Assembly: GCF_036588685.1 (NCBI RefSeq)
Contig: NC_086377.1
Coordinates: forward strand, 20,212,001 to 20,276,000
Reading direction: 5' to 3'
DNA length: 64,000 nt
DNA from: Mytilus trossulus
Taxonomy: Eukaryota
Shown piece by piece: positions 40,366-53,505 of this stretch; the first letter of the stretch is position 1; the number at the start of each line of letters is the position of its first letter. Under the pieces are notes generated by a model. The model had not been told where the DNA came from. It saw only the letters and a list, made by a program, of their open reading frames with translations, and searched no databases. A program made the position numbers and the translations under genes.

Positions 40366-43300
40366 ATCAAAAAGCTAAGAGAGTTGTTCAGAGGACGATT
40401 TACGTTTGAGGAAGCACGGTCGCTAATTGATCATCACCATGGAGACTGCCAGGCAGCTGCTAATTTTGTACTTGATGGTAAATACTTGTGTTTCTGCTTT
40501 TTGATTATACTTAATATGAAATAAGCTAACAAGGCACTTAAAGTTGCACGGACAGGCTTTATTGTTAATAAATTCTAATTATTAAAGGACATGTTTGGCA
40601 GAGTTTGCATAGCGAGCGCTAGTCATCTGATTGAGACTAGAAATATATCTCCTACCTTAATTATTCACTAAAGAATGATAGCAACAAAAACATTGTTAAC
40701 AGAAAAGTGCGGTTTAAAATTTTTCTTTTTATTACAGTAATGTTTTTCTTATGGTTAATGTTTAACAATATAATCTTAAAAAGGAACTTATTGTAAGGTA
40801 ATACAATAATTGAATTTCAGAGGAGCCAGTAACAGTTAGATATGTAATTGGGACGGATAATGATCTGGTGAGTGTAGCTGGATATAAATGTTTTCGAAAA
40901 TTCCAAACTATTTATGGTAATTCAAAGAACTGTAATATATTATATTTTTTTTGTAATTTTAATCAATGAAACCAAAAGTCGTATATAAGAAAGTTGCATA
41001 TTATGACACAGAGGGATATAAGTAAAGTAAGAAAGAAGGAAAAGATAAATACACTGATACTATTTTGTCCTTTTTTGGTAGGATTTCGAGTTTTGAGAGT
41101 CGAGACTCATATCTACAATATCAGGATATTATGACAAAATATCAAAGTTCAGTTCACCAAATGTATGTATCAAGTCAGCAATATGGCAGTTGTTTGCCCT
41201 TATTCCGTTGATGTGTTTACTTTTTTGAATTTGCTTTTGAATCTTAGAATAAATATGTAAAATCTAAAAGATATTACAAAAATGTAAATGCTCACAAGTG
41301 ACAAATTCTGACTATCATGATTTTCTGTTTATGTATTATCAAGCTTTCTTACATCGAAAAATTTTAATATAACAGTATTTTATTGTAGTGGCAAGTTGTT
41401 ACAAATAATCAAATATGGAAAGACTTAGTACGACAAGGAACTATTCTAAAACAAGAAAGACAGTTTGCATGCAGCGCGTGTGATAACGTCTGGTGGAGAA
41501 AAGTTCCAAACCGGAAGCTGGTAAAGTTTTTAGAGCACTGGGTCCTGAGATGGATTTGGCTACTTCAAGGGTTGTGTTTAGTCAGATAACTCAACTGTTC
41601 TTATTTAAACATTGATTTTCTTTTTAACAGTTGTATACTACTGTTGCCTTTATTCATACATCATAGTCATTCAAATATTCGACTTTGAGCGTTCATCATG
41701 AAAGTAAATCCAGAAAATCGATTTGGATTCATAAAATACATAACGTATTGTTTCCATTTTATACATTCTTTACATAATTCGCTCAGTACTGTACATTGTG
41801 AAATGTCATTATTTCACGATCGCGTACTGTTTGCGTCCTAGCAGTGATAAACGTTGAACACTCTTAGTATACCCTTCTTAACACTACGTGCAGGTACAAT
41901 ACAGTGAATTCGATCCATTATCGTAAAAACCAGAAAGAATCATAACATTGTATTAATATATTTGTGTTACGCGCGGCACGTAGATGCAAAATATTCAGGT
42001 TTCAATTTTTACAAAACAGGTTTCTAAGTGTGTGCGATGTAAGATACGATATGATGCTGTACCGACAGAATACGAATGGGGAAGAGCTGAATTGAATTGC
42101 CAGTTTTGTGGAAATGTCTTCAGGTATGTCAATTATTTCTGTAACATTATAACAAGTTGTTAATAAGCATGATAAGCTTGATGTAGAGCTAGTTTTCTTA
42201 TTTTATCAAATTCAAATTGATAACTCAAAAAACAGAAACTGTTTAACGAACTGCACATGTTTCCTTAATTTTTCTCTCGAGTTCTTTACCTTTGAACTAA
42301 GTTATAAAAAAAACTATTGTAACAGTGAGATTATTGTCGTTGATCGGTTCTGTTATGGAACGATGGTGATATTGCCGAAAATCAAGCATACGTTTGTAAA
42401 TATTTTTCTTCGATTTTCACGGTCAATACTTTAACACTGTTCCAAGCATCTTTTCACTTAAAGGTCTGTTTATACTTGCAGTAAACAAGAGTCACCACAT
42501 AGCTGCTCATCATAAGAACTTAACATAGATATCTTTAAACATTACATGTTTAAATTAAAGACCCATTGTTCTTCAATAAATTACAGAGGGTTTGGACAAA
42601 TGGGAGTCGCTTCAAGTCCTTGTTACAGATGTGGCACGGTATGTTCGCCGAAAGCAATCATACCAAGACGGAGGTTACAAGGAAAAAGATCCAGAAATGT
42701 TCATTCATGTTTCTGCCGGAACTGCTTTAATCGAGCAGGTTTGTTAATTGACACTTTATCGTTACAATGACCTACTAACGTTCATTCACGTCCAAAATTA
42801 GGCAATACATCATTTAGTTGATACAATTGGTGTTTTTAGCAGGTAATATAGACGTATGTTGGTTTTCCCGTTGGAATGATTTAACACTTGTGATTTTTGG
42901 GACCCTTTATATCTTGATGTTGTGAGCCTAGGCTCCGTGTTGCAGGCCGTACCTTAAACTATAATGATTTACTTTTATAAATTGTTTCTTGGATGGAAAG
43001 TTGTCTCATTGGCACTCATACCACATCTTTATCAATCTATTTTTGATAATTATTTAAGTGTGACATTAGTTGTTACAATTGATAATTCAATTAATATTAC
43101 GTAATGTAAACTTGGGTGATCATTTGAGTGCGCATAACACTAGTTGTTACAAGTTAATTTACTTTCTTATTTCTCATTATGCAGACATTTTGAAAATTTG
43201 GATACGTCAATAAAAAAATCGAACGTGTTGGTATAAGTATCAAATATTAACTGTGTGGTTGGTTTTATTACAAAAACATGATTAACCATTTGTGTAACAA

Positions 43301-43863
43301 AACTCAATGCAAACAGTAGTGTCAACTGTTTCATTATATAATTACTGAACAGATTTCCTTTAAATAAATCATTGCTTACTTTACTCTTTAAATACAACTT
43401 TGACATGCAATAAACATGTGATAAATAAGATTTGTTTAACAAAAGAATCGTATAATAAGTTGTATTCGTTACATGACCTTTGATTATTTATACAACATAT
43501 TAAATGTTGTTTTCTAAACGGTCATATAAAGAAACACTTTATTTTCTACATTTTGTCAAATATTTTATTAATGATATTTCTTTAATGCCTCTTTCAGTTT
43601 TCGAAATGTATTTTTTGTTATCAAATCTGAGGTCATAGTTGTTAATCTCAGTTTCAATTGATCCGTACTTTATTTCATATGTTTTAGATGGGCCTATTTT
43701 TGAAGAAACCTGCGTCCATCCACGTTCATTGCACCGGCGTGTAGTGCATGCTAGCCAACAACACTACAGCTCCGGATCTACAGTTGATACGTTCTTAACA
43801 CAAGATGACTTAGCTTCACAGGTTTCTGATTTTGAACCAATATTATCAGATATTGATGAATGA
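40366..43863 (+). CDS. SHFL: Shiftless homolog, copy B (multi-exon)
   Basis: Exons 40366-40477, 40821-40867, 41389-41520, 42020-42123, 42587-42738, 43688-43863 (TGA). Same phases and sizes as copy A except exon 42587-42738 is one codon shorter; 240 aa: [74 protein letters not shown]. Candidate first coding exon 39818-39838 (MQIDEFD followed by GT). Confidence 0.92.
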
Positions 43864-46821
43864 TGCTGTCATGGAGTATGATGTTTTTTCATAGTTAATA
43901 AATATACATCCCTTTCTGTTGTCAATTTGGAATACTATAGTACATGAATTACGAAAACAAATATAACTGAAGCATAAGGTAAATATTATACCATTTAACA
44001 TGTGTTGGTAATAATATACTCTGAATAAGGACTAAATTATTGCCATCTTAAACTCTGAACCCAGAAAAAAAAAACAGAAAAAAACAAAACTAAATAAAAA
44101 ACGATCAAATAAAACAAACCATGGTCCTACATCTTGTCGATAAATTATTTGACATTGAACAAGGCCCTGATTTTGTGATTTAACCCGCCTTTTTCAGCCT
44201 GCCTGTTCGTATAAATGGCTGAGTGTCTTTCGATGCTGCCAGTCATACATGTTTGTTTTCTGTTTCGTTATGTCATGAATCAAGTTGTTTGTTTGTAATG
44301 TTAAAATTCCAAAAGAACCATGCAAATACAATAAATGTTCCAAGAATTTTCTACGTTTTATAATGTTGATGATGAATTAACTTTGATAAATGACAATTTT
44401 AATCTTGTTAAATATCAAGTGATATTTATACAACTTCAAAATCAAAGTTACAGACATCACTTAGTGAAGTTACCAAAGTTGTTGATCAATTGATGAAGGA
44501 CATTCTGAGCAAAATCAGAAATACAAAACATAGGACAATGTTCAGAGCTAGTCTGACGTTATATCCATTATCCTGTCCGGTTAAAAACATTAAAAAAAAT
44601 ATTTCGAAACCAGGATAAACTTTTTGTACATCAGACATCTATAAAAACACTCATCAGTGAAACTTAAATTAATTAAGTTTAAAAGGCCAAAAAAGTATAA
44701 AGTGAGAATTATTGACCAAAAATTCAAACGATTTGCCGAATACATCTAAGGTAATCATAGTTTAATGGAAACAAGTTGCAAATTCTTTGATGATTTTATG
44801 TGGTCTGAAGACTTTACTGAGATTTCCCGAGTTAACTTGCTGCACTGAACAAAATTAGACAATCTAGATTTCGTTACTTTTAGAATTAATCATTTATTTT
44901 TTACTTAAACTAGTAGTTTTAAAAACCGTGCTTTGGACTATGACGTCAACAGTCGTCTACACAGACAAATGATCATGCAGACAAATGAATGTAGAATATT
45001 TGATAAACAACCAAATGTCGACGACTAACTTAATTTAAACCTAATCGTGCTTTTGTTGTTGTTATCCCCTGTGCTGAAGAAGTACTTGTGTCCTGCATTC
45101 GATCATTGTACTATACAGATACATAAGTAAACGCATAATTATCTTTTATCTGGTTTCTATTACAAACTAACGGATACATTGAAATCATTGTTTATGTTGC
45201 GGTTTACCTTACGCTATCCATCAAAATATTGTCGATTTTATTGAAAATTAAAATTGGTAAAACAAAGGTACATGTGTTCATGCGAAAATCATAAATTGTC
45301 CGCTAAAACAGTATTTTGTACATTTTACGTAAATACAACCTGTACTTGTACTCGTTGCGAACAAGGAGAAAGCTCGGCGAACATTACATTTAAATTTAGA
45401 TTTAAACAAATAAATGTTATACAATGAACGAATTTTGTATTTTATGATGACGACTTTAAGAACAGATCCTCACATAAGAGATAGACTATATGTGAACTGC
45501 AAGCTACGCTAATTATCCAAAAATTTGATACGACCGAATGAAGAAAAACAAATCACACACAGGATATGTGCTAAAATGAAAAAGACAAAACAGACAGACA
45601 ATAGTATACATGACACAACATAGAACTAAAGAATAAATAACACAAACCCCACCAAAAACTAGGGGTGATCTCAGGTGCTCCGGAAGGGTAAGCAGATCCT
45701 GCTTCACATGTGGCACCCGTATGCTAAGCAAACTATAGCTTTTGCCAAAAAACTATTTATCAACATTCGGGTTCTTTACCGTTTTAAGTCCTTTAACATT
45801 ACCCTTTTGCTCCATCGTTCTTTAGCAAGCAAACAATTTAGCGTTAACACCATGATCGTACTTTAGCGTAGAACATCGCACTTTAGAGACCGCCATATAT
45901 TCAATGTTGTTTGTGCTGTTTTTAGACCCTTCTACAACGAAATTTGTTTTTACATGCACACGTATAAAAATTGCGTTTTTTTTTCAACGCAATCATAGGT
46001 TGAACGTAGTTTTCAATTTAGACTCGTTTATATATATATATATACAGGTAGTAATGTACTTTTAAAAAAGTACCACAAAAGCTTAATATGGAACTATTTG
46101 AATTTCAACAGATGGTTATGCTGATATTGATGTTACATCGAACTAAATGATTTTTGATTTATAGTCGCATTGGGAATCGTACAGATCATTATGATCATTA
46201 AATGAATTTTTAAAATTTATATAATCATAATGATGAATTTAATTACTAGTTTATTTAGGTGATGATCATGGTCCTAGATAATACTCCTAATAATTATGTA
46301 AAATTAGCTTGTAAACATATAAAACGTAGTGTTTTTGTTGTTGTAAAATCAACAAAACGGACGATTAATTTCTGATGGAGAAAATAAGTTTTGATTATTG
46401 TTGATATTGCGACAAGTTCAATTAATATGATGTTTGAAATTAAAGATTGTGAAGTGTTATGTTTATTTAGATATTTACGTTCATTATGTCTTGAGTTCAA
46501 TAGTGAAAATTAGATAAGTACATGTAAATGGGATCATAGACACATCTAAGTGTTTGAAAGTGATTGAACTGTATGGGGAGTAAATACTTTATTTTCACGT
46601 TTTTTACGAAATAATATACTCCCATTGTAATAGTAGATTATACAAAATATAAAATAACAAATAAATACAAATCACGAGGAAAATGCAAAATGGAAAGGTC
46701 GTTTTCCAATGGCTAAATCAAATAAACGAATCGATAACAACAGTAATATAATATGTAACAAATATTTTTGTAAAACCTTGTATGATCATTAAAAATAATA
46801 ATAATGATATTATCATTATAA

Positions 46822-46877
<56 letters not shown>

Positions 46878-46878
<1 letters not shown>

Positions 46879-47167
46879 TAGGGTTATTGCATGAATATTG
46901 GGGAATATTGTCCCAGGTATAATTCAATAATGAATTAGCTTGCGGGTGCAATATATGTTCTACGAGGGACAATATACCCTAGTATTCATGCAATAACCCT
47001 TTTATTGTATAGCAATATAATATTTAAAAGTAAAAATTGGTTTACACTAAGATTTTGTCGTTGATGACGTCATTGATTTTGAAGATTTATTGCACTAGTG
47101 CAATATTGGAATTTGTTGCACGCTAACTTTTGGGTTACTTTCTGTGGGAAATATTATATTGCTATGC

Positions 47168-47172
<5 letters not shown>
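46878..47172. mobile_element. Hairpin/inverted-repeat element inserted in an (AAT)n microsatellite
   Basis: First inverted pair GGGTTATTGCATGAATA..TATTCATGCAATAACCC; second pair TTATTGTATAGCAATATAATATTT..AAATATTATATTGCTATGCAATAA. (AAT)n lies on both sides (46824-46878 and 47168-47221). Confidence 0.65.
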
Positions 47173-47222
<50 letters not shown>

Positions 47223-47954
47223 TATTAATTTCTAAAAAGCTTGACCATGAAATGATGCTCGCCTTCCTACTCACGGTACAACAGTTATTTATTCATATTT
47301 GAACTGATGACTATATAATTCATTTTAAGGATAAAATAATACATATAATGTATTGAATACAGTTCAAGGTATGCGAACATATGTCAACCTTAATTGTATT
47401 TTCATAATTATTTAAATCGTTTCAGTCTATATAAGATAACTTGTCCTTTCAGTTGAAATCTGAATTCGCCTGGGATATTTGAATGTCCATGCATTAATAA
47501 TTCATCAAACAAAATGTTTAGTGGTCTGAAAGAACATAATCATTTCAGATTTATCAATATTACAGATCATATACATCATTGTTTTCAGTCGGTGATATAA
47601 TTAATAATTTAAACAATATAAACTGACGATTTTTACAGTACATTCAATTTGTTCATTGTACATGTGATACTATTAGTATACTTATGTTTGCTATATGGAG
47701 ATGGACGTTTACAAGTTATAATAGTCTTATTACTTGCTAACTGATGACTAATAATATTGTAATGACAGTAATTGATGAAAATTATTGTATATTAATTATA
47801 TATAGGACTCCAGTTTTTGTTACTTAATACGCTTTCTCAGTAAAGTGTGATATTATTACTACAATTAATTAGATAAGGTCAAAAACTTTTAGATGGTTAA
47901 TTTATTGTTTCAATGTGTATGCGTGATATCGTTGCATAGGAAATTGTAGAAGAA

Positions 47955-48431
47955 ATGGAGAAAATACGCTACATTTCAAATAGAGGTGTAAGACACGAGT
48001 TGTCGGATCAAATTTTTGGGAGAATTTGTGAAAGTAACTCCAACGCTGCTGACCATATCATCACAACAATTAAGGATGAATCTAATTGTATGGACTTTCA
48101 ATTCAATAGACATACAACGTCTACCAATAATATATTAGATTACTATAGTGGAGGGAAACTACACATGCCTGCAGACATATGTCCACAGAAATTCTCTGAA
48201 GAACTTGATTGTTGGGGTTTACCAGAAACTGCATTAGACACGTGTTGTTTCACAAAGTATGTTTCCTATTTTGATAACTTAAACATTTTGAAAGTGTTAG
48301 AAGAAGGTGAATGTAAAAGAAATACTATGTTTGAAATAGTAGCAACGTTGGCCGGCGGGAACGGATGGAGGTCTGTACAAGCGAGAGTGTGGTCTGTTAT
48401 GGAATATCCTACTTCCTCTGTTTTAGCCAAG
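47955..48431 (+). CDS. Kv3/Shaw-like K+ channel paralog 2, coding exon 1 (T1 domain)
   Basis: 159 codons with HX5CX20CC (HMPADIC..DTCC) and a phase-0 donor AAG|GTAATA at 48432. Splices in frame to 53506. Confidence 0.9.
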
Positions 48432-51400
48432 GTAATAATGATTTATGTCAGTGAGTATTGAAGTAATTTTTATATTTAGGAGGTTTGTTACTCAGTTTCA
48501 AAATAACAAGTTTTTCATAACACTATTATATATTCATAGGAATTTAATAAAAGAACCAAAAAAGCAAAACAACATATATACATGTAGATCAATGTGTCCG
48601 TTTTCGATATAATAACCATTGAAATTTTGGCGGGAAATTGTTATCTCTTAATTTTTCATAGCTTCATCATTGACAAGTTTAAGTTCTCAAAAACTATTTA
48701 AAAATAACAAAGAATTTAAAAGACTTTAACAGATGGCTTATAATTATACAAGTAAAATACTTATAATATGAAAAATAGGGGTCAAAGGTCAAAACTGTTA
48801 AGTTTTCATATGGATAAACCCAGATGATTCTGAAAATCTGGCAAAAGTCTCAAAATCTGACAAGCGAACATCCGTAATGTACATTTGAGACAAGATGGAA
48901 TGTACAATTGATTCATGCTTGATGAACGTCCATTGCCGAGTATTTCATAGAAATTCAGGATTAGACAGATGAAAAACATTTAGGATTAAAATATAGCTAA
49001 GCAGAACAGTATAAACGGCGGACTTTTTTTCTCACAATGCAAATTTACGGTATGTTGATAGAGTCATATATTTGCCTTAAGTTTAAGACGTGCAACCTGT
49101 GGACTGATGTTGTTTGTCTTCCTTTACATTTGCAGATCATGGCGATCTATTCATAGATGTAAGAAAATGTTAATAAAGTGTAAAATATGACAACTATCCA
49201 TCGAAGTCATAATTTGTAAAAGTAAACCATGCAAGGTCAAAGTATATACTTCAACACGGAGCAGATCTACATGAATAATGCTTTTATGAGTAAAGCGAGT
49301 TTTTCCCAATTTTCCGCAATCGACAAACTTTTGTTAAAAAGGTAATCAAATACAAATTCGTGAGCCACTCCGTGGTCAACAATTAAATTATGTTAAAATC
49401 TATGCTTTGAAGCTGCTACGAATAATGTAACGATATGTATCATATTTTACAAATTAAATTTCAGATGAATAGTATGCTCAATTTGTAACCTATAATTACA
49501 AATCACATAATCAAGGTATTCGATTATATAAATTTATATTTCTTAGTAAATACAAAGTTTATATATATCGACACCCCTATGATCTACTATAGAAGGTTTT
49601 ATTTTAATAGTTTTAGAGTTTATACAACGTCTTCATTTTTTAATAATTTAATTTAGGATGTAACGCGTCTTCTGATTGGCTGGAGTTATCTTGTTATCAG
49701 CCCATAGGCATAATTTAGTCATGTGACCGTGACGTCATCAACGTTTTTCATGGTTTTCTCCGGTCTTATTTAGTGTGCACCAATTTTTTATGTTATTTTT
49801 TCATAGACAGAAAAAAATATTAGTCATTCCTTAAATTTTTTTTTTGTTCAATCAGAAGTCCAAAACTGGCGAATTTAAAAACGGATCTTACCAAAATATC
49901 AATAAACTCTCATAGTGCTAATATAACAAAAAATGAATAAAAAAAATATAGTGATCAATTTTTTTATGTTTAATTGCTGCGAAAATGCAAAAGATAAGTA
50001 TTACTGACGGACAAATGAAGGCAATACATGACAGAGTATTTCAATCTTTTGACTATCACATTTCATTGGATATTGAAAAGCATGTTGATTTTGTTAGAGA
50101 GAAGGCTCCTACTTTAGCTTTTGAATAAAATGAGTTATTCGGAAGTTGTTCGTACCAAATGAATTACATCGTATTAATGTTGATTCATTTATTTTCGTGG
50201 ATATCAATTTTCGTGGATTGCTGAAAACTTGCATATTCGTGGATATCTAATTTCGGAGTTTTGCCAATCTCTGTATATACAAATCCTTTTGCAAATATCT
50301 TATTCGTTGAATATTTGATTTCGTGGTTCACCTGTACTCCGTTAACCATTTACTAGTCTTCTGTTAATTCAAATCATTACAGAAACAAAATAGAATAAAT
50401 TGATTTGAAAAAACAGTATAACAAAAAAAGTAAGATAATTGTCAGTGTAAACTTTTCATTAGAACAAAATGACATGAATTGACATAAACAATGTCTGATT
50501 ATATGAATTATTATTAATATGATATATTGATTTTGGTCTTTTGGATAATTGCATTTCAATGAATTATTTATCATATTTATATACTAGTGTAATCTGACTG
50601 TTTAAAAAATAACTATAACGATATTTTATTGTGTAATATAAAACAATTAATGGTATATCAATTCCCTATTGGGTATCTGAAATCAATATGAAAATCTTAC
50701 ATGTTTGTGGTCAATCTTTTTCAACCAGCAGTAAACAAAAGACCAATTTAGTATAAAAAAAAAAAAAAAAATAATTTGCTTCTATTTTTGAGTAAATTTG
50801 AGTAGAAGTTAGTTGTTTTTTCAAAGTATTGTTATCTTTTTACGTTTGGTTTTTTCTATAGAGCATACATTACAAGAGAGATGAACACTTTAAAGAAATA
50901 ATTAAACTAATTTTTCGAACACAAATGGATTGTTGCTAAAACAAAAAAAACACACCCAACACAATATACAAAACTACAGACTATACAGAGCTATACGAAC
51001 TTCATCCAACAGGGGTTAGTAGCAGGTGCACCGGAAGAATAAGCAAATTCTACTAAATATAAGGCACCTGTCGTGTTGGTTAGTTACAAAAATGTACGTT
51101 GAAAAGGGCGGCATTTTGGCAACTAAATTTGGAATATATCAATCCTCATCTTTGGTGACATCCCATTAGTCCGACAACCATTATTCCGACAGCCCATTAC
51201 TCCGACAGCCCATTATTCCGACAATGCATTTTCTTGTGTATGGGTAAATTTTCTCTAAAAAGACCAACTCCATTCTCTGTTATACTTGCGGTTGTCCGTT
51301 TTGATCCCAATGTATACATTATTCTTTCCATGCGGGACATAAGTCTCAGTATATTCGAGTTGATACGCATGCTTATTGCAACTGCTCATTCCTTACCCTC

Positions 51401-52037
51401 GTGTCTGGGTATTTTATTTTAAAAAATAAAAGGTGTCAATGTTAAATGTATGAAAAATCTAGAGATATTTATTTCCCGACAAATTTTCAATGGCCTATAT
51501 CTCGAAAACAAGCACACGGACTCTCTATTTTTTTTTTTTAACTTTTTTAGTTTCGTTATTTATATGCTATCCCTTTATAACAGTCATTCAAAAAGCTTGT
51601 AATTTTTAAACAGAGTACCGACCATCCTTAACTTAACCACTTGAAACTTTTAGTTTTAACATCTCCTTGTTAACAAGAAGGCTGTCTAAAGTACATTAAG
51701 ATCAGAAATGCAAGCATTGCAATATCTAGAAAACATATTTTCCAAATGCAGGAGCTGCTTGATATGTGATGTGTACAGATTTATTAAAATAAGGGTGTGA
51801 TCTAGAATATCTCATTAATTCTGCTTCTGCTAGGTAATGGCCATAATCAACGGACTGATCATACTGCCATGAATTGACGGCATCGAGACCTTTGTATACA
51901 CAGAAAAGTTTACGATTTTTTTTATGCCCTCTTCTTTTTTTCCAATGCGAACCAGTATGTAGAAGAAGATTTGCAAAATTCTATATGATAGCTGTAAATG
52001 TGTATTAATTCTTAAAAGTGATCTCCAAACGCAATTT

Positions 52038-53267
52038 CAGTGGCGTAGCTAGGCTATTTTGAAGTGTACGTCCCCACCACGGCGAAAGGTTTGAGAGCCC
52101 AATCGGACCAAGCTAATAACACCTTCTAGCAGTGGGTTTCGAAAAGGGGACATTTCTTTCATAAAAAATAATCAAAAGCAAGTTGAACATACCTTATAGA
52201 CTACCCTTTTTTTTATCTTTTATATTTAATGTATTCATTATGTTGATTTGAAATCTAATGGTCATTGGTGTTAGAGTAAATATCCAAACCGGTTACTTTA
52301 AATATGTTTAAAGGAACCGTGGGATAAGACCCTTTATTGTGCAAATGTCGTTAATGGATATGAAATGATTAATTTGCAAAGATGTTTAGATGTATGATGA
52401 AAATTCGTAAAGGGTTCCGTGAAACCGTGGTTCTCGCTAGATTGAAAAAAAAAGTGAATCTATAATAGGATTTTAAATAATGAAACATTTTCTTTAGATT
52501 GTTTTTTCTTGATCCGGTATCTTAACTTCTACCCTAGTCTGATGACAACATCTGATGGTTTCCAAAATCATCATGTAAAATACAATATTCACAGAGCGTC
52601 TGTTAACTGCTTAAAGATAAGTCCGTATGTCAGTTGAAAAATGAAAACAAATATAAATTTTTGCTACAAACATTAATCACAAACATTCTGCAAAAGTGTC
52701 ATTAAATTCAATAAAGGGTTCACAGACTGTATATGCAAACAGAAATAATACGGGAAAATTAAAACTAAAAATTCAGCATTTATATGGTGTGGATAATCTT
52801 TTGAGAATAAAAAGCTTCTGCCCAACTTCCGTAAAATTTCATAAAGGTTTGACAAAATCATTTATATTAAAATAAAACGTTTACACCATATTAAACCTTT
52901 ATATTGTCGCCTCAAATGAAATCTAGGTTCATATTTCTTGTTTTCGCGTCATAAATGTAGGCTCGACTGAAATTCAAAGAATATATCGAATCCCAGCTTA
53001 TTTTGAATTACTTTAAACGAAAGGAAATGTTCCCAAAAGATTCAGACTTCGACAGACAGAAAAAAGAACAATTATATGATATATGGTATCATTTGATCGA
53101 TAGAAAAAAAATTCGCTTTTATTCGCAATTACAAGGAATTGAGGGAAGTTTTAAAAGACTGATGTGCTTTAAACCAGATCTTTTTGATTTATTGAGATTA
53201 AAATATTTTTTTTACTCAAATTTAAGTGTACGCCCGGGCGTTTTGACGTAACGTAGCTACGCGCCTA
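52038..53267. mobile_element. Non-autonomous hAT-like element in the Kv intron
   Basis: Ends CAGTGGCGTAGCTAGG ... CGTAGCTACGCGCCTA. 8-bp TSD CGCAATTT/CGCAAATT (7/8 match). AAGTGTACG occurs near both ends. Confidence 0.7.
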
Positions 53268-53505
53268 CGCAAATTCTACAGTGATTGCAGAAAATCATAA
53301 TAAATTTGTCTTTTCAATAAATTGTTCAAGAATCATACAAAGTGCTGTAAGGTATTTCAAATATTATTGTTGTGTAAAAGTACATTGTAAATAAAGTAAA
53401 AATCAAAACGAAAAAAAAAATACTGTAAAAAAAGCTCAAAAGACATTCTGTGATATAATGTTATAATTAACAGAATTAACAGATTTTCTATTTTTTTACA
53501 TTTAG

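Noticed and set aside
41680-41735. A further hammerhead-like motif in a SHFL-B intron
   Set aside because: The core is too degenerate (ATCATGA instead of CTGATGA) to call.
46718-46972. Poly-leucine ORF
   Set aside because: It is a translation of the (AAT)n microsatellite.
51160-51225. About 16-bp CCCATTATTCCGACAG tandem repeats as a regulatory array
   Set aside because: More likely a truncated subterminal repeat of a DNA transposon; no partner end was found.
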